Under the pieces are notes generated by a model, which was not told where the DNA came from, searched no databases, and worked only from the letters and a program-made list of their open reading frames with translations. A stretch of DNA of 60,038 nucleotides, counting the filler, from Stramenopiles sp. TOSAG23-3 (taxonomy: Eukaryota): the NCBI GenBank assembly GCA_900128585.1. It is 13 parts of 13 records of this genome, joined end to end, with 100 filler letters (N's around TTAATTAATTAA, not from the genome) between each part and the next. Parts side by side here need not be neighbours in the genome. Positions count along the whole stretch, not along the records: positions 1 to 4,541 come from LT643787.1; positions 4,642 to 9,180 come from LT643788.1; positions 9,281 to 13,818 come from LT643789.1; 10 more parts are not named here. The stretch is one strand, 5' to 3'. Positions 1-10,649 of this stretch are shown here, one piece after another. Position numbers and translations under genes: made by a program. The first letter of the stretch is position 1, and every line of letters begins with the position of its first letter.

Positions 1-5
1 CCCTG

Positions 6-79
6 TTGATAACCCTAAAGTGTCGACAAAAAGTGGAGCATTTGTAAATAGCTCTTAATAAAATAATATAAAATGTAAT
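6..79. repeat. 74-bp perfect inverted repeat, left arm (right arm 4468..4541)
   Basis: 6..79 is the exact reverse complement of 4468..4541. Confidence 0.95.
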
Positions 80-437
80 TAATAATCTTATTAATTAAGA
101 AGTATTATTATAACAAAACATCATCATCATATCATCAGATGTTTTTTTTTTTTTAAATTATTTTGTTATTATTATATTAAATTTTTTTACCACCAACCAA
201 CCAAAGGCTAAGCCAGGTAATATTAAAAAAATAAAGAAAGATCTGGTTGTAATTTCTCAGTATTTCGACACTGACCAATTCAAGAAGAAGAAATCAAAAC
301 GATCGAACACATCTGTAAACTGTCAATGTAAGTATTGAATCCTTTTACACTGCAGACGACGTCTTAAACAATTTTAAAGTAGTTGAAACTCAGCCCAACC
401 TTAAGGTAAGGAGTAAGTTTGAATTTTGCAAGAAACG

Positions 438-2120
438 ATGCTCAGTGCCAAAGCACAACTAGCGCTGCTACTGCTGCTTGGGGCAATTATTGTATCGCCC
501 GTGGTTGGTTTCGGGACGATTGAACACAGGGCAATTGGGGATGCGGGTACGTTGCGTTACATCGTGCACGGGGTGCAGAATAATCGTCCTGCAAAAACAG
601 CAAAACTTGATTTGCCGAATGGGAACAAGTTGAGTTTTGGCGAAATAATCGGCCTGGCCGGCGACTTTTATGGCGTACTTGGTGAGCCGATCTCAGAAGG
701 TGCCACCCAGCAGGACCGCGAAAGACGTTTCAATGCGGCTTTTGGTACGTTGGCCGTCGCCCCCGACACGCCTGTCATTATTGACGAAGAGTACGCGCCA
801 AGTAGAAATATGCAATATATGAGTCAAATAATCATGGGAGGTCCACTGAAAGACCTGGAGTCGGCCTTGGCGCAAATGCAGGCAGAGGGAAAACCACCGT
901 CAGAAGCGTGGGCCGTTGTAAACGGGGAAGACGAACGACTGGAGCTCCGTTTTAACAAGTTGACGGGTGGGACTGCCCGAATAAAATACCAGTTGGCCAT
1001 ACCACATTACCAAGGAAAGTACATGAAACTTGCAATCGAGAATTTCGACCACTTTAATGCCGGCATGCATGCGGCGTACCGATCCTACGCGGCCGGGCAC
1101 GCGGAAGCAATGCGGGCGGCCCAGAAAGCAAAGCAATCTGGCTCGCAGGAAACATTAATGCTTGCTTATGCAAAAGAGGCGTTTGCACAACATTTCCTCA
1201 CCGATATGTTTTCCGCTGGGCATATGCGGACACCTCGGAACGAGCTGCAAGATTTTTGTGCAAGAGGAGTGGAGATTGGTGCGCAAGGGGGGTTTTTATC
1301 AAAGTCGATGCACGACGAAGACAATCTCCTGGGGCTATTGGTGACCAACAAAGATGGTCTTGCTTGGCGCGCTTATGGCGACAGACACTACTTTAGCCCG
1401 GCGCATAGGAAAGGCCGAGAAGCAGCGGAAACGTGCAGCCAACGATCGATTGACGAGGTGTTCAATGCGTTTAAAACCGGTCACGTAATCACGAACCCAA
1501 CGGAATTTGGTGTCAAAAATTGCTTACCAAACGTTGCGAGGACGGGAAAGGGTGGGAACCATTTTCCAATGTTTTCTATCCAATCGCTTGGGAAGGTTTT
1601 ACGAATCGAAGCCAAGGGCGATTGCGAAAAAAAGAGCCTGCCGTGGTATCGGACGTCATGTAATGTTGACCATGAGTGCAAATCCAGGGCAAGCAACCCA
1701 TGCACGGGACATTGTGTCTGTAAAGGCTGGGTTGTATGCAAATGTGTGAAGGACCAAGAGGTTCCCACGGTGTTCATGCGGAAGGATTTACAGAATGTAT
1801 GGGACAATCACGTGGTAACGTTCAAGACCTGTGCTTTACAAAACATTCGATTGTATAACGGGGACGAGGACGATGCAGAAGAAGAAGAAATGGAGAGGAG
1901 TGGTCGCTTGCCAGGGCCTTCCTACGACGAGGACGAGGATGAGGAGGGCAATGATGATGCAGCGTCGGACATCATGACCCAGATGGAACGTAGCGGTTTG
2001 TACTTTGAAGATGATGTCCCTGTTGTACATAGAAGATTACCTCATGCAGTCCGTCGGTTAAGAGATCGTAGACTTGGATCCGGTAAGCGGTTAAGTGATC
2101 GTAGACATGGTGAATGGTAA
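438..2120 (+). CDS. Secreted zinc-dependent phosphatidylcholine phospholipase C (Legionella PlcA/PlcB-like) with Cys-rich and acidic C-terminal extension
   Basis: Signal peptide from ATG 438. Motifs LSFGEIIGLAGDFYG, NFDHF, HFLTDMFSAGHMRTPR, MHDEDN..GL.V.N..G..W.AYGD. Confidence 0.75.
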   Translation: MLSAKAQLALLLLLGAIIVSPVVGFGTIEHRAIGDAGTLRYIVHGVQNNRPAKTAKLDLPNGNKLSFGEIIGLAGDFYGVLGEPISEGATQQDRERRFNAAFGTLAVAPDTPVIIDEEYAPSRNMQYMSQIIMGGPLKDLESALAQMQAEGKPPSEAWAVVNGEDERLELRFNKLTGGTARIKYQLAIPHYQGKYMKLAIENFDHFNAGMHAAYRSYAAGHAEAMRAAQKAKQSGSQETLMLAYAKEAFAQHFLTDMFSAGHMRTPRNELQDFCARGVEIGAQGGFLSKSMHDEDNLLGLLVTNKDGLAWRAYGDRHYFSPAHRKGREAAETCSQRSIDEVFNAFKTGHVITNPTEFGVKNCLPNVARTGKGGNHFPMFSIQSLGKVLRIEAKGDCEKKSLPWYRTSCNVDHECKSRASNPCTGHCVCKGWVVCKCVKDQEVPTVFMRKDLQNVWDNHVVTFKTCALQNIRLYNGDEDDAEEEEMERSGRLPGPSYDEDEDEEGNDDAASDIMTQMERSGLYFEDDVPVVHRRLPHAVRRLRDRRLGSGKRLSDRRHGEW

Positions 2121-2382
2121 AAGAAAAGAGGATAAGTGTTTTCCTGCACCACGACATGCGATGGTTCTGCGACCACCAGCCAATCAAAATACTCCAGGAA
2201 CTATTGCTTCTCGAACTATGGCTGCAGCACAAGAACATTTCTCTCCTCACATTTGTCCACGCACGCCTCTAGACAACGGGAGACGAACACCTTTAACTTA
2301 TAAACAAAAAATACCGCAAAGGCAAGAAGCAGGAGAACCTGGCCATCGTGTGCGCCGGGGCATTTTGTATGGAAATGTTGAA

Positions 2383-2455
2383 TGGTTTCGGGACGATTGA
2401 ACACAGGGCAATTGGGGATGCGGGTACGTTGCGTTACATCGTGCACGGGGTGCAG
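2383..2455 (+). repeat. 73-bp exact direct copy of 506..578 (start of mature PLC coding region)
   Basis: Identical sequence tggtttcgggacgattgaacac...cacggggtgcag. Confidence 0.95.
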
Positions 2456-2527
2456 TATGTTTTAAGTCAAAAAAGAAAAGAAAAAAGAAGATAAAACCGT
2501 TCAAGAACCCAAACTCCTCCTTGTTCC
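2456..2527 (+). repeat. Dispersed repeat, near-identical to 41497..41568; diverged relative of module E
   Basis: tatgttttaagtcaaaaaagaaaagaaaaaagaagRtaaaaccgttcaagaacccaaactcctccttgttcc at both sites, each 3' of a gene. Confidence 0.9.
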
Positions 2528-2852
2528 AGAATAAAACTTCTGGTATTCATCATTCAAACTATCATAAAGTNNNNNNNNNNNNNNNNNGTCCGTGTCTATC
2601 CCAAAACGTATTATGATGATCATAATGATGAATTTTTTTCAAGTCGTATACATAAACCTGCGTAAAAATGTATTTTCTAAAGATCCAAGTCTACTAAGAG
2701 TATCATGGATTTTCCACTTTAGGGCGTATTCGTGTTCATCATTCAAACTATCATAAATTAATTATATGATATATAAAACATACTATATAATTTTGTTTTT
2801 TATAGATAGTATTAGTATTATTATTTTATGATGAAAAATACTACAGCTGGAT

Positions 2853-4175
2853 TTACACAATTACCATCTCTTCGGACAATTTTGTAAGAAACGGATGTGT
2901 GCAAAATCTCGTAATTGCGTAACAAATAACCCCCATAAATATAGAAAATGGTAGCGCCGGCAATGGCTTCTGCATCAACACCAACACCAACAGGGTGATG
3001 GCGAGCCCGGCTAAAACGCAAACAATGGATGCTACCGCACTTAAATACCCACCGTGCGAGCCTGCAGTCGCTACCAAGACAGAGTAGAAAATGAAATCGC
3101 CCAGGCCCAGTTTTATAGCACGCACTGGTGGTTCCCGGACCAGTGCTTGGTGCCTTCCATTATTCTTTCCTTCCCGTGCCCCCTGCGAGGAAGCAGCGCC
3201 ATCTCCTTCGCCAACAACAACAGGGTTTTCAATGTTGCGCACGAGTGGTGCCTTTCTGGTTGCGAAAGAGGGATCTGGCGTATTCGAAACTTCGGCTTCG
3301 TACAGCAGCCCATTAAGCCCACCGGTGGAATCCGTCCCCTTCGACTGCTTTTCTCCAACTGCTTCGATCAAAAGTTTTAAGGGCCCGCACGGGGTTAAGA
3401 CTGCGCACAGGTCGTAGCAAGCAACCGCCATCAGAAGGCCCCAAATGAACTCTTCCCCGACAAAATCAAAATGTGAAAATATATTTGCAATGATCACCGA
3501 CACACATATGAGGTATCCCCTCCCTAGTTTTTTGAACAGGCTGTTTTCGGCCATAAAAATAGAGAGTATTCCCACCGCAGCAAAATTGAATACAATGTAA
3601 CAGTACGTGATCGTGTCAACGGGCACGTTCAAGAGGCGCAATGCAGGTTGGAGGACGAGCATACTGGTGACCGCCAAGACCAAAAAAAAGGCGAACATCA
3701 AATAGCAACCAAAGAATTTTTCAAGGTTGTACTTTACCAAGCACACTATACAAAATGTCATTGCTGCAATGACAAATACGACCACACCAAGAAAGAGCAG
3801 AACGTTGGAAAACGCGTACCCCCCCCCGTCCGGGCTGCCATCCCCAGCAATCGGCTTCACATATGCTTGTGCAAGTTCACTCCCTACCTGCTTCGTCGAT
3901 TCGTCCACCAACCACTTGACGCTCAGGGCGGCCAGTACCATAGTGGCGGACACAGGTTACATAATGGCCGTGAACGATTTTGCCGTAAACACCGGATCGG
4001 GGGACGACCGGACGCGCCGCCTCCTGCGATTTTCATTCTGCCGCCCCTGTACATCAACCCCTGTGTGTTCCAAGTGCAGCAGCGGTTCCCTCAACTGCAT
4101 AGTGTCGTTGTCGTCAGCCATGTTCTCGTCTTCGGTAGTACCGTCGTCCAAAGAAAATTCTTCTCGGCCAGAAGG
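2853..4175 (-). CDS. Presenilin (GxGD aspartyl protease), interrupted by one in-frame TAA at 3957-3959
   Basis: YDLCAVLTPCGPLK, IKLGLGDFIFYSVL and PALP motifs plus multiple TM helices. ORFs 3957..4250 and 2853..3953 are in the same frame (..AIM*PVSATM..). Start codon uncertain. Confidence 0.9.
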
Positions 4176-4541
4176 CATAATCAGCACTACGCTCAGAAAT
4201 CTTCTGACATGAATGATCAATTCCCTGGTCAGTTCATTGATGCATTGCATAAGGTTGTTGTGAACACACTTTTTTGCCCATAACCATTTGAATGTGTTAT
4301 TACATTCATGTATGTGCTGTTTTTTTATCAGTCAGGTTGTTTCCTTTTATTATATTATTTTATTATTATTATTTTTTTTTTTTCGTCGATGATGATTATT
4401 ATCTTCTTCTATCATCATCATCTTCTCTCTCTCTCTCTGTTCTTCTCCGTTGTTATTATGATATTGTATTACATTTTATATTATTTTATTAAGAGCTATT
4501 TACAAATGCTCCACTTTTTGTCGACACTTTAGGGTTATCAA

Positions 4542-4641
4542 NNNNNNNNNNNNNNNNNNNNNNNNNNNNNNNNNNNNNNNNNNNNTTAATTAATTAANNN
4601 NNNNNNNNNNNNNNNNNNNNNNNNNNNNNNNNNNNNNNNNN
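4542..4641. other. Artificial contig spacer (first of 12)
   Basis: 44 N + TTAATTAATTAA (stops in six frames) + 44 N. Identical spacers start at 9181, 13819, 18452, 23078, 27701, 32324, 36947, 41569, 46188, 50807 and 55423. Contig lengths fall from 4541 to 4516 without ever increasing. Confidence 0.98.
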
Positions 4642-5201
4642 CCTGTTGAGCGGTGACCTTGTGGCACACGAGATCCATGAAGCGTCGTCTTAGACGGTGG
4701 GTGCCAGTGTTTTTTATCATGTAGAAATAATAATAATGTACAGCCCCAAGACGTTTTTCTTCTTCCTCCTCCATTTTTTTTTTATTAGCTCTATTATTTA
4801 AAAAAAGAAAGATACTTTAGAGTCGGTAAAAATTTATTCCCTAATAATAATTATTGTCTAATTCCACACTGAATAAACTATTTTGATAGGACGAGCTTTA
4901 TTACATTATCTCCAAAAAAAAACGACAAAAAAATTACAGCCGTACCCGTATTGTAACAACACAGACAGAGAATTTGATACTAATCCTCTGCTGTATTAGA
5001 TAATATCGCGCAGCAAAACAAGAGAGCTTCTTCTCTGAGGGAAAAAAAATATAAAACCGATTTTACTGCCCAATCCTTTAACATGGCAATACTGTAGCCT
5101 CTTTTGGCAATCATTATTCATGGGCAATCTTTTTTTTGTCGTTGCTTGCAGCGTTCAGGTCCTTGTTGTACCGCGTACCGTAGTAAACTCCAACTATATT
5201 T

Positions 5202-6448
5202 ATGTTCAATTCTATTTTAGAAGAGGAGGAGACGAAGTACTATTATACTACCGGCGGCAGTGGAAGTTTTTTTGTTACTACCACTCTTTACGTAGTAATT
5301 ATAAACATAATAACAATTGTCGACTACGCCTATACTCCGACTGTTTATGCACGAAAAGCAACGACAGAAAGAGTTGCCGGTATATCGAATTCTGCGCCGA
5401 ATTCCGTAATCCTGCCGACGGGAAACAACGCTAGCTTGCAATGAAGAAATTGGCGGGCCTTCTCTCTTTCACGGTGGTGCTTCTGCTTGGGCTCCTGCCG
5501 TTCAAGCAAACATGCCGGTCAGGGACATTGCCCTAATTGCGACAGAATGGATAAGTGTGTCATTTATGTACCTGAAGAACCAATTTATCTACTACAAAAA
5601 TTAGAAATTGTTGGTGTATACAAATCCACACTTGAAAATAATGTTGCACAAATAAAAAAAGATCTTGCCAAAACACTGGACGTTAACCCAGGGAATGTCA
5701 AAATCGTGTCTCAGTTGGATACACGTCAACGTCAACGGGGGGAAATTCTTCAGTAATTTCGTACAAGGTCCAGGTTCAGGATGCATCTAATATTGCAGCA
5801 TTGGAAACAAAAATGCAAAGTGCAGAATTTAAAAATGAGATTAAAGAAGATATATCGTTGGCAACGTCAGTAGATGAAAGCACGATTAGTCTTTATACAA
5901 ACACGCCGGAGGTTCATAACTACGACGAAAGCAATAAACGTGCCAGTGAAGACCGTGAAAACAATTCAGCAACAGTCTATATAGTACTGGGCCTTGCAAT
6001 AATGGTAATTGGTTCAATGGGTTTTCTTTATTATTACTTCCGTCACAATAAAAACGATTTAGATACTGCCCCTTCCCCGTTACAGGGTGCTGCTGTAGGT
6101 GTTGAATTGACAAATACTTCCTGCGATGATGTTCGTAGTGACGGCCAAGTAAATAATGGTGTCACAGTAAACCCTATTCTTGCCCCCGATCATGACGACA
6201 TAAAAGATGTTACTGGAAGTGTTGAATTGACTAATGCTTCCTGCGATGTTGATGTTGATGTTGGGGGGCATATGGAAACAAATACCCCAGGGGGGGCTCT
6301 AATTGGTAATATTGCAGTTCCCGGGCAGATTGTAGACAGTACTTCACGGAGGCCTGCAATTGGTAATGTTACAGATTCCATTCAGATTATAGATGATGAT
6401 ACTGAAACTTCACAATGGGATATGAGTGAGATTCCGGATCTTGATTAA
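5202..6448 (+). pseudogene. Disrupted single-pass membrane protein with SEA-like juxtamembrane domain
   Basis: ORFs 5487..5756 and 5801..6448 join if 2 nt at ~5709-5712 (gtgTCtcagtt) are removed, giving KIVSVGYTSTSTGGNSSVISYKVQVQDASNIAALETKM. TM helix VYIVLGLAIMVIGSMGFLYYYF. Further TGA at 5442-5444. May be assembly error. Confidence 0.5.
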
Positions 6449-6530
6449 AATTGGCAAGTGGTCGTTGGGATTATCATAGTTTCTTACTCCGTAATACACA
6501 ACAATAACAACACTATACTACCGTTATTAT

Positions 6531-9179
6531 TCAATCAAAGTTTATTTTTAGCTTGCATTTTTCCTTGCATTCGTCCGCGGTTTGCCTCACTTTAGTGTTT
6601 CGCTTTAGTGTTTCGTCAAGCTTGACTGGTTTTTCATGTCGAAACGTCTTCAATGTATCTGGTTCAAAATAACCATTGCCTTCCTTTATCATATACTGAA
6701 GGATGCAGTCTAACTCTGGGTATTTTGTGGCAAGTTCCTTTCCCAAAGTCTTGCCCTGTCCTTGGAACTCCTGTAATAGATTATAGGCCTTAACGCTTAT
6801 ACCCCGATATTCCGGTTTCCAAAATACCGTTCCACAGGAATGATTTTGGATGCCTCTAGCTCGATTCAGCTCTTCGCGAACGTACTGAGAAAATTTGGTC
6901 ATGTGGTATAAGTTACAAAACGGCAGCCATGCCACCGGATTTTTCTCGAGATGATTTAGATGGTCAATCTCATTAACAACCCCCTCGCACTGAAAGAAGT
7001 CCCACCAGGCAAGGCGAGGTTTTATTGATTCAGAAAAGAGCATAGGATGCTTGTTGCAATTTGTCTTCTCCAGTTTGTCTTTGCAAACCCTTACATCTTT
7101 TCTATTTGGTTTAGTGGTATTGGGATCTATATATTCACATGGCGCCGTTGGGTGGCCTTCTAGGTCAGCGGGAACAACAATCACACCGAATACTTTGATG
7201 ATAGCATTTGCCAGATCGTTTAGCTCATTGTTTGCTTCGCCTTCTTCATACCATATTGGGACATGAAAATCATATCTTTTTTGATTCGATGGCTTAAATA
7301 ATTTCTTAAGCTGTAAACATAACTTGCTCAGCTCTGTGATATCCATTTCTAGAAGATCTGGATAGTAGCCTGGACGCCGACTGCATTCGATATAATCATG
7401 AATTGAAAACAAGCCTTTCAGGCATGAATAACCCTGTTCTAAAATATTTTCTTCTTCCAAATGTCTGTCTTTTTTGGGAAATAGTTGGAACAGTTCACTC
7501 ATTTCTTCCCATAAACCCTCTGTTTTCATCTTCCAATCCTCATAATTTTTCACTCCTTGTTCCTGCATCTTTTTAGAAATAATTTGATTGTTCTTCTTGG
7601 AGGAAGGGTTAGGGTTACCGAACCTACCGGAAAAAGTTTTCCCCGCCTTCACTTGGTTCTCTTTGAATAGTTTGAACGGTTCCCTAGGGTACTTAGGATC
7701 ACAATTTGGGCCCTTGTGCATTTCTTTGAACTTGTCATAGTCTGACTGTAAATCGTTATTTTTTTGCTTTAGTGTGTTATTTTGTTGCTTTAGTGTGTTA
7801 TTTTGTTCCGTTAGACCTTCATTTCGTCCCTTTAGATCTCCATTTTGTTGATTTAGCTTTTTATTCGTCTCATTTAATTGTAACCATTCCTTCAATTTAT
7901 AGTTGATATCTTCAATTGTCTTTTCCCAAACATCTTGGTGTTCATAAGTCATAAGCTTTTTACGAGTAGTTTCAGTGTTGCCCTTTTTGTATCCATCAAA
8001 AAAGTTTTGGACTATTTTGATCTTCTTTTTCAATGAGGTTAGCCGGCCGTCCAATCCGTTTATTCTCTTTTTCCACGAATCAGGTGTATCAGACATAGGT
8101 GACACTGCGCCACGCGATTTATCAGGGTATTTATCCAAAAACTCCTTGGCGCACTTGCACTTTTGTCTTAGGTCTCTCAATTCCTTTTCACCATTCTTTG
8201 TCCCAGTAGAACTTGGTAATGGCGACAGGTGAGTTTCATCACGCTTTTCAGTTTTGCACTTTTTGTGTTCATCTAGCAGCGTTTTCAATTTCTTTATTCT
8301 CCTTTGCCAGTCACCATTTGTATGATTAGTGTATTCATCTAGCAGATTTTCCAATTTCGTTATTTTGTTTTTCCAATCACGAAGATCCGTATCGGCAATC
8401 TCAGTTTTGCGATCTTCAAATATGTCGACTACCAGACGCGATTTATCAGCCTCAGTGTTGCCATCTTGGTATTTATCAAACAATATTTCGACTAATTTAC
8501 ACTTATCTTGCAAAGTACAATCAGCCGGAGGTGGCGCACCAGGTGGCGAATCGCCGGATCTAGCAGGCTTTGGAGTTGGATTTTCAGTTCCGAATTTACA
8601 ATTCTTGTGTTTCTCTTTAAATTTCGCTGATTCATCTAGCAGCGTTTTCAATTTCTTTATTCTCCCTTGCCAGTCACCATGATCAGTGTAATCTAGCAGA
8701 TTTTTCAATTCCTTTATTCTCTCTTCCCAATCATCAAAATCACCAAGATTATCTGCATCGACTTTTTTATAATCGTCGAAATGTTTCTGGACTAACTTAC
8801 ACCTCTTCTGCAGGTCTGCCAATTTCTTTTCACCAATCTTTGGCTCAGGTGACGGCAGGCGAGGTTCATTGATTTTGACTGGTTTGGATTCAGCCGTAGG
8901 TGATGGATGAGGGTGTTCATCATGCTCTGGAGTCGGATCTTCAGTTCCGAATTTACAATTCTCGTGTTTCTTATAAAATACCTGGTACTCCGCACGCTCT
9001 GTTTCCCATTGTTCTCGATCTTTCTCCCAAGCAGCTTCCTTTTGCTTCAGTTTCTTTATTGTCTCTTTTTGTTCTTCGTTTTCATCCTTCAGTTGTTTAA
9101 GTTCTTCTATCTTTTTTTTTAACGTTATGGCACATCTGGCGTGCTTGTCCTGTTCTGCTTTTAATTTCGTTGCACATCC
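6531..9179 (-). CDS. Large Lys/Glu-rich coiled-coil protein with internal repeats, 5'-truncated
   Basis: The frame of ORF 6531..8822 stays open to the contig end. Repeats DWQ.RIKKLKTLLDE, KH.NCKFGTE.PTP and NNTLKQ. No family recognised. Confidence 0.7.
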   Translation of the reverse strand, partial: GCATKLKAEQDKHARCAITLKKKIEELKQLKDENEEQKETIKKLKQKEAAWEKDREQWETERAEYQVFYKKHENCKFGTEDPTPEHDEHPHPSPTAESKPVKINEPRLPSPEPKIGEKKLADLQKRCKLVQKHFDDYKKVDADNLGDFDDWEERIKELKNLLDYTDHGDWQGRIKKLKTLLDESAKFKEKHKNCKFGTENPTPKPARSGDSPPGAPPPADCTLQDKCKLVEILFDKYQDGNTEADKSRLVVDIFEDRKTEIADTDLRDWKNKITKLENLLDEYTNHTNGDWQRRIKKLKTLLDEHKKCKTEKRDETHLSPLPSSTGTKNGEKELRDLRQKCKCAKEFLDKYPDKSRGAVSPMSDTPDSWKKRINGLDGRLTSLKKKIKIVQNFFDGYKKGNTETTRKKLMTYEHQDVWEKTIEDINYKLKEWLQLNETNKKLNQQNGDLKGRNEGLTEQNNTLKQQNNTLKQKNNDLQSDYDKFKEMHKGPNCDPKYPREPFKLFKENQVKAGKTFSGRFGNPNPSSKKNNQIISKKMQEQGVKNYEDWKMKTEGLWEEMSELFQLFPKKDRHLEEENILEQGYSCLKGLFSIHDYIECSRRPGYYPDLLEMDITELSKLCLQLKKLFKPSNQKRYDFHVPIWYEEGEANNELNDLANAIIKVFGVIVVPADLEGHPTAPCEYIDPNTTKPNRKDVRVCKDKLEKTNCNKHPMLFSESIKPRLAWWDFFQCEGVVNEIDHLNHLEKNPVAWLPFCNLYHMTKFSQYVREELNRARGIQNHSCGTVFWKPEYRGISVKAYNLLQEFQGQGKTLGKELATKYPELDCILQYMIKEGNGYFEPDTLKTFRHEKPVKLDETLKRNTKVRQTADECKEKCKLKINFD

Positions 9180-9280
9180 GNNNNNNNNNNNNNNNNNNNN
9201 NNNNNNNNNNNNNNNNNNNNNNNNTTAATTAATTAANNNNNNNNNNNNNNNNNNNNNNNNNNNNNNNNNNNNNNNNNNNN

Positions 9281-9350
9281 TTATATAAAACAGACGATTA
9301 TTACAGCTAGTACAGCAGTAAGTAAATATTATTATTTATTATTATTTTTT
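9281..9350. repeat. 70-bp perfect inverted repeat, left arm (right arm 13740..13809)
   Basis: 9281..9350 is the exact reverse complement of 13740..13809. Confidence 0.95.
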
Positions 9351-9378
9351 ACCTGTACAGTTTGGCAAGCAGCAGAGC

Positions 9379-10332
9379 GTGCACCTGAATATGCGTGTTG
9401 AAGACATTATCGTTGGCAATGAGGTTATGCTCCTGAAAGATGTGGAGCTCTGCCAGAAAGCGTTCGAGCCAGCCCCGGGAGAAATAAGGAAGCGACGGGT
9501 TGCCGTTTGGGACCCATCGATGAAGTGGTACATAGGGAGGCGTGGGGAGGTGATACGGAAAGACGGAGAGGGCATGACGTGCGTTCGTTACAAAGACGCC
9601 AGTGAATTTTGGTTTCCACCACAAGCCTTGCGACCCTCGTTGCTCACCATCAGTAGGTTCACACCGTTCCACCACTTCCCCATGTCAGAAAGTGACCTGG
9701 AAGACGCTGAAATAGGAATTTGGAGGTGCAACCATTGCCTGCGAATAAGCAGCGCCGTGAGAGACATAGGAAAACCCTGGATATGTCTCGGTGGGACACC
9801 GTTTAAGCTTTGCAACATTTGTGTAAATTCTGTAAACGACGACGAAGCCCGCAGTATTTTCGTTGCGTGTGAAAAAGGAAATTTGCAGCTGCTGCAGGAG
9901 CTTATAAACGGAGAAGATCCGGTCGATGTGAACGTGCTAAAGCCGGTCTCGACATGGACACCTTTGCACTATGCCGCCCGTCATGGGCACTTGATGATAA
10001 TGGAGGTTTTGTTGAAGAGGGGAGCAAACCCAGATTTCCGCGACATTGATGGAAGGGCCCCCATTCATTTGTGTACGGAATTCAACCACTCAAAGTGTGC
10101 ACTTTTGCTCCTAGCCTGCGGGGCTCGGTACTGGCTAATGAATAAATTTGGCAAGAGCGCATATATTCTTGCGATGGAGCGTGGAAATGAGATCATCGCA
10201 AGGGCCATTCAGAAAAAAATAGACCAGAAGAAGGCACTGGAAGACATGGAACGCGTCGATACAGACGGTGAAACTGATATTGACAGCGAAGACGACGAGG
10301 AAGCAACAGGAAACGAGGGAAAGTTGTTGTAA
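9379..10332 (+). CDS. Mind-bomb-repeat-like + Cys/His zinc finger + ankyrin repeat protein, possibly 5'-incomplete
   Basis: W..SM..YIGRRGEV...D.EG...V.Y....FWFPPQAL; WRCNHC..C..KLCNIC; ankyrin WTPLHYAARHGH and GRAPIHLC. Acceptor-like tacag at 9356-9360. Confidence 0.75.
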   Translation: MHLNMRVEDIIVGNEVMLLKDVELCQKAFEPAPGEIRKRRVAVWDPSMKWYIGRRGEVIRKDGEGMTCVRYKDASEFWFPPQALRPSLLTISRFTPFHHFPMSESDLEDAEIGIWRCNHCLRISSAVRDIGKPWICLGGTPFKLCNICVNSVNDDEARSIFVACEKGNLQLLQELINGEDPVDVNVLKPVSTWTPLHYAARHGHLMIMEVLLKRGANPDFRDIDGRAPIHLCTEFNHSKCALLLLACGARYWLMNKFGKSAYILAMERGNEIIARAIQKKIDQKKALEDMERVDTDGETDIDSEDDEEATGNEGKLL

Positions 10333-10649
10333 AAAACATTCTTAAATTTGTATAGCTAACGAATCATACCCAGAAGAAGTATCAAAGAAATAATGCAGCT
10401 TCGCATGTACATTAGAATATCTCATATAAAAACTACTAATAAATTACGAGTCCTCTGCCGCTATCATGTACATCAAAAAAAAAGATCTGTGTGTATATGT
10501 GATTGATCTTTTCGAAACTTTCTTTTTTCAGTCAGCAAAAAGATTTCGATTCAAAAGTTTTTTTTAGACCCCTTTCTATAATACACTGTATTTTCGATTG
10601 TAAAAATTATATATGTTGAAACGAATGTTACCCATACATTTGCCTCACT

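Noticed and set aside
3957-3959. Alternative genetic code (TAA as sense)
   Set aside because: TAA, TAG and TGA all end conserved genes at expected positions, and other long ORFs lack internal stops.
7605-7617. Telomere-like GGGTTAGGGTTA
   Set aside because: Lies inside a CDS (encodes NPNP on the minus strand) and has only two units.
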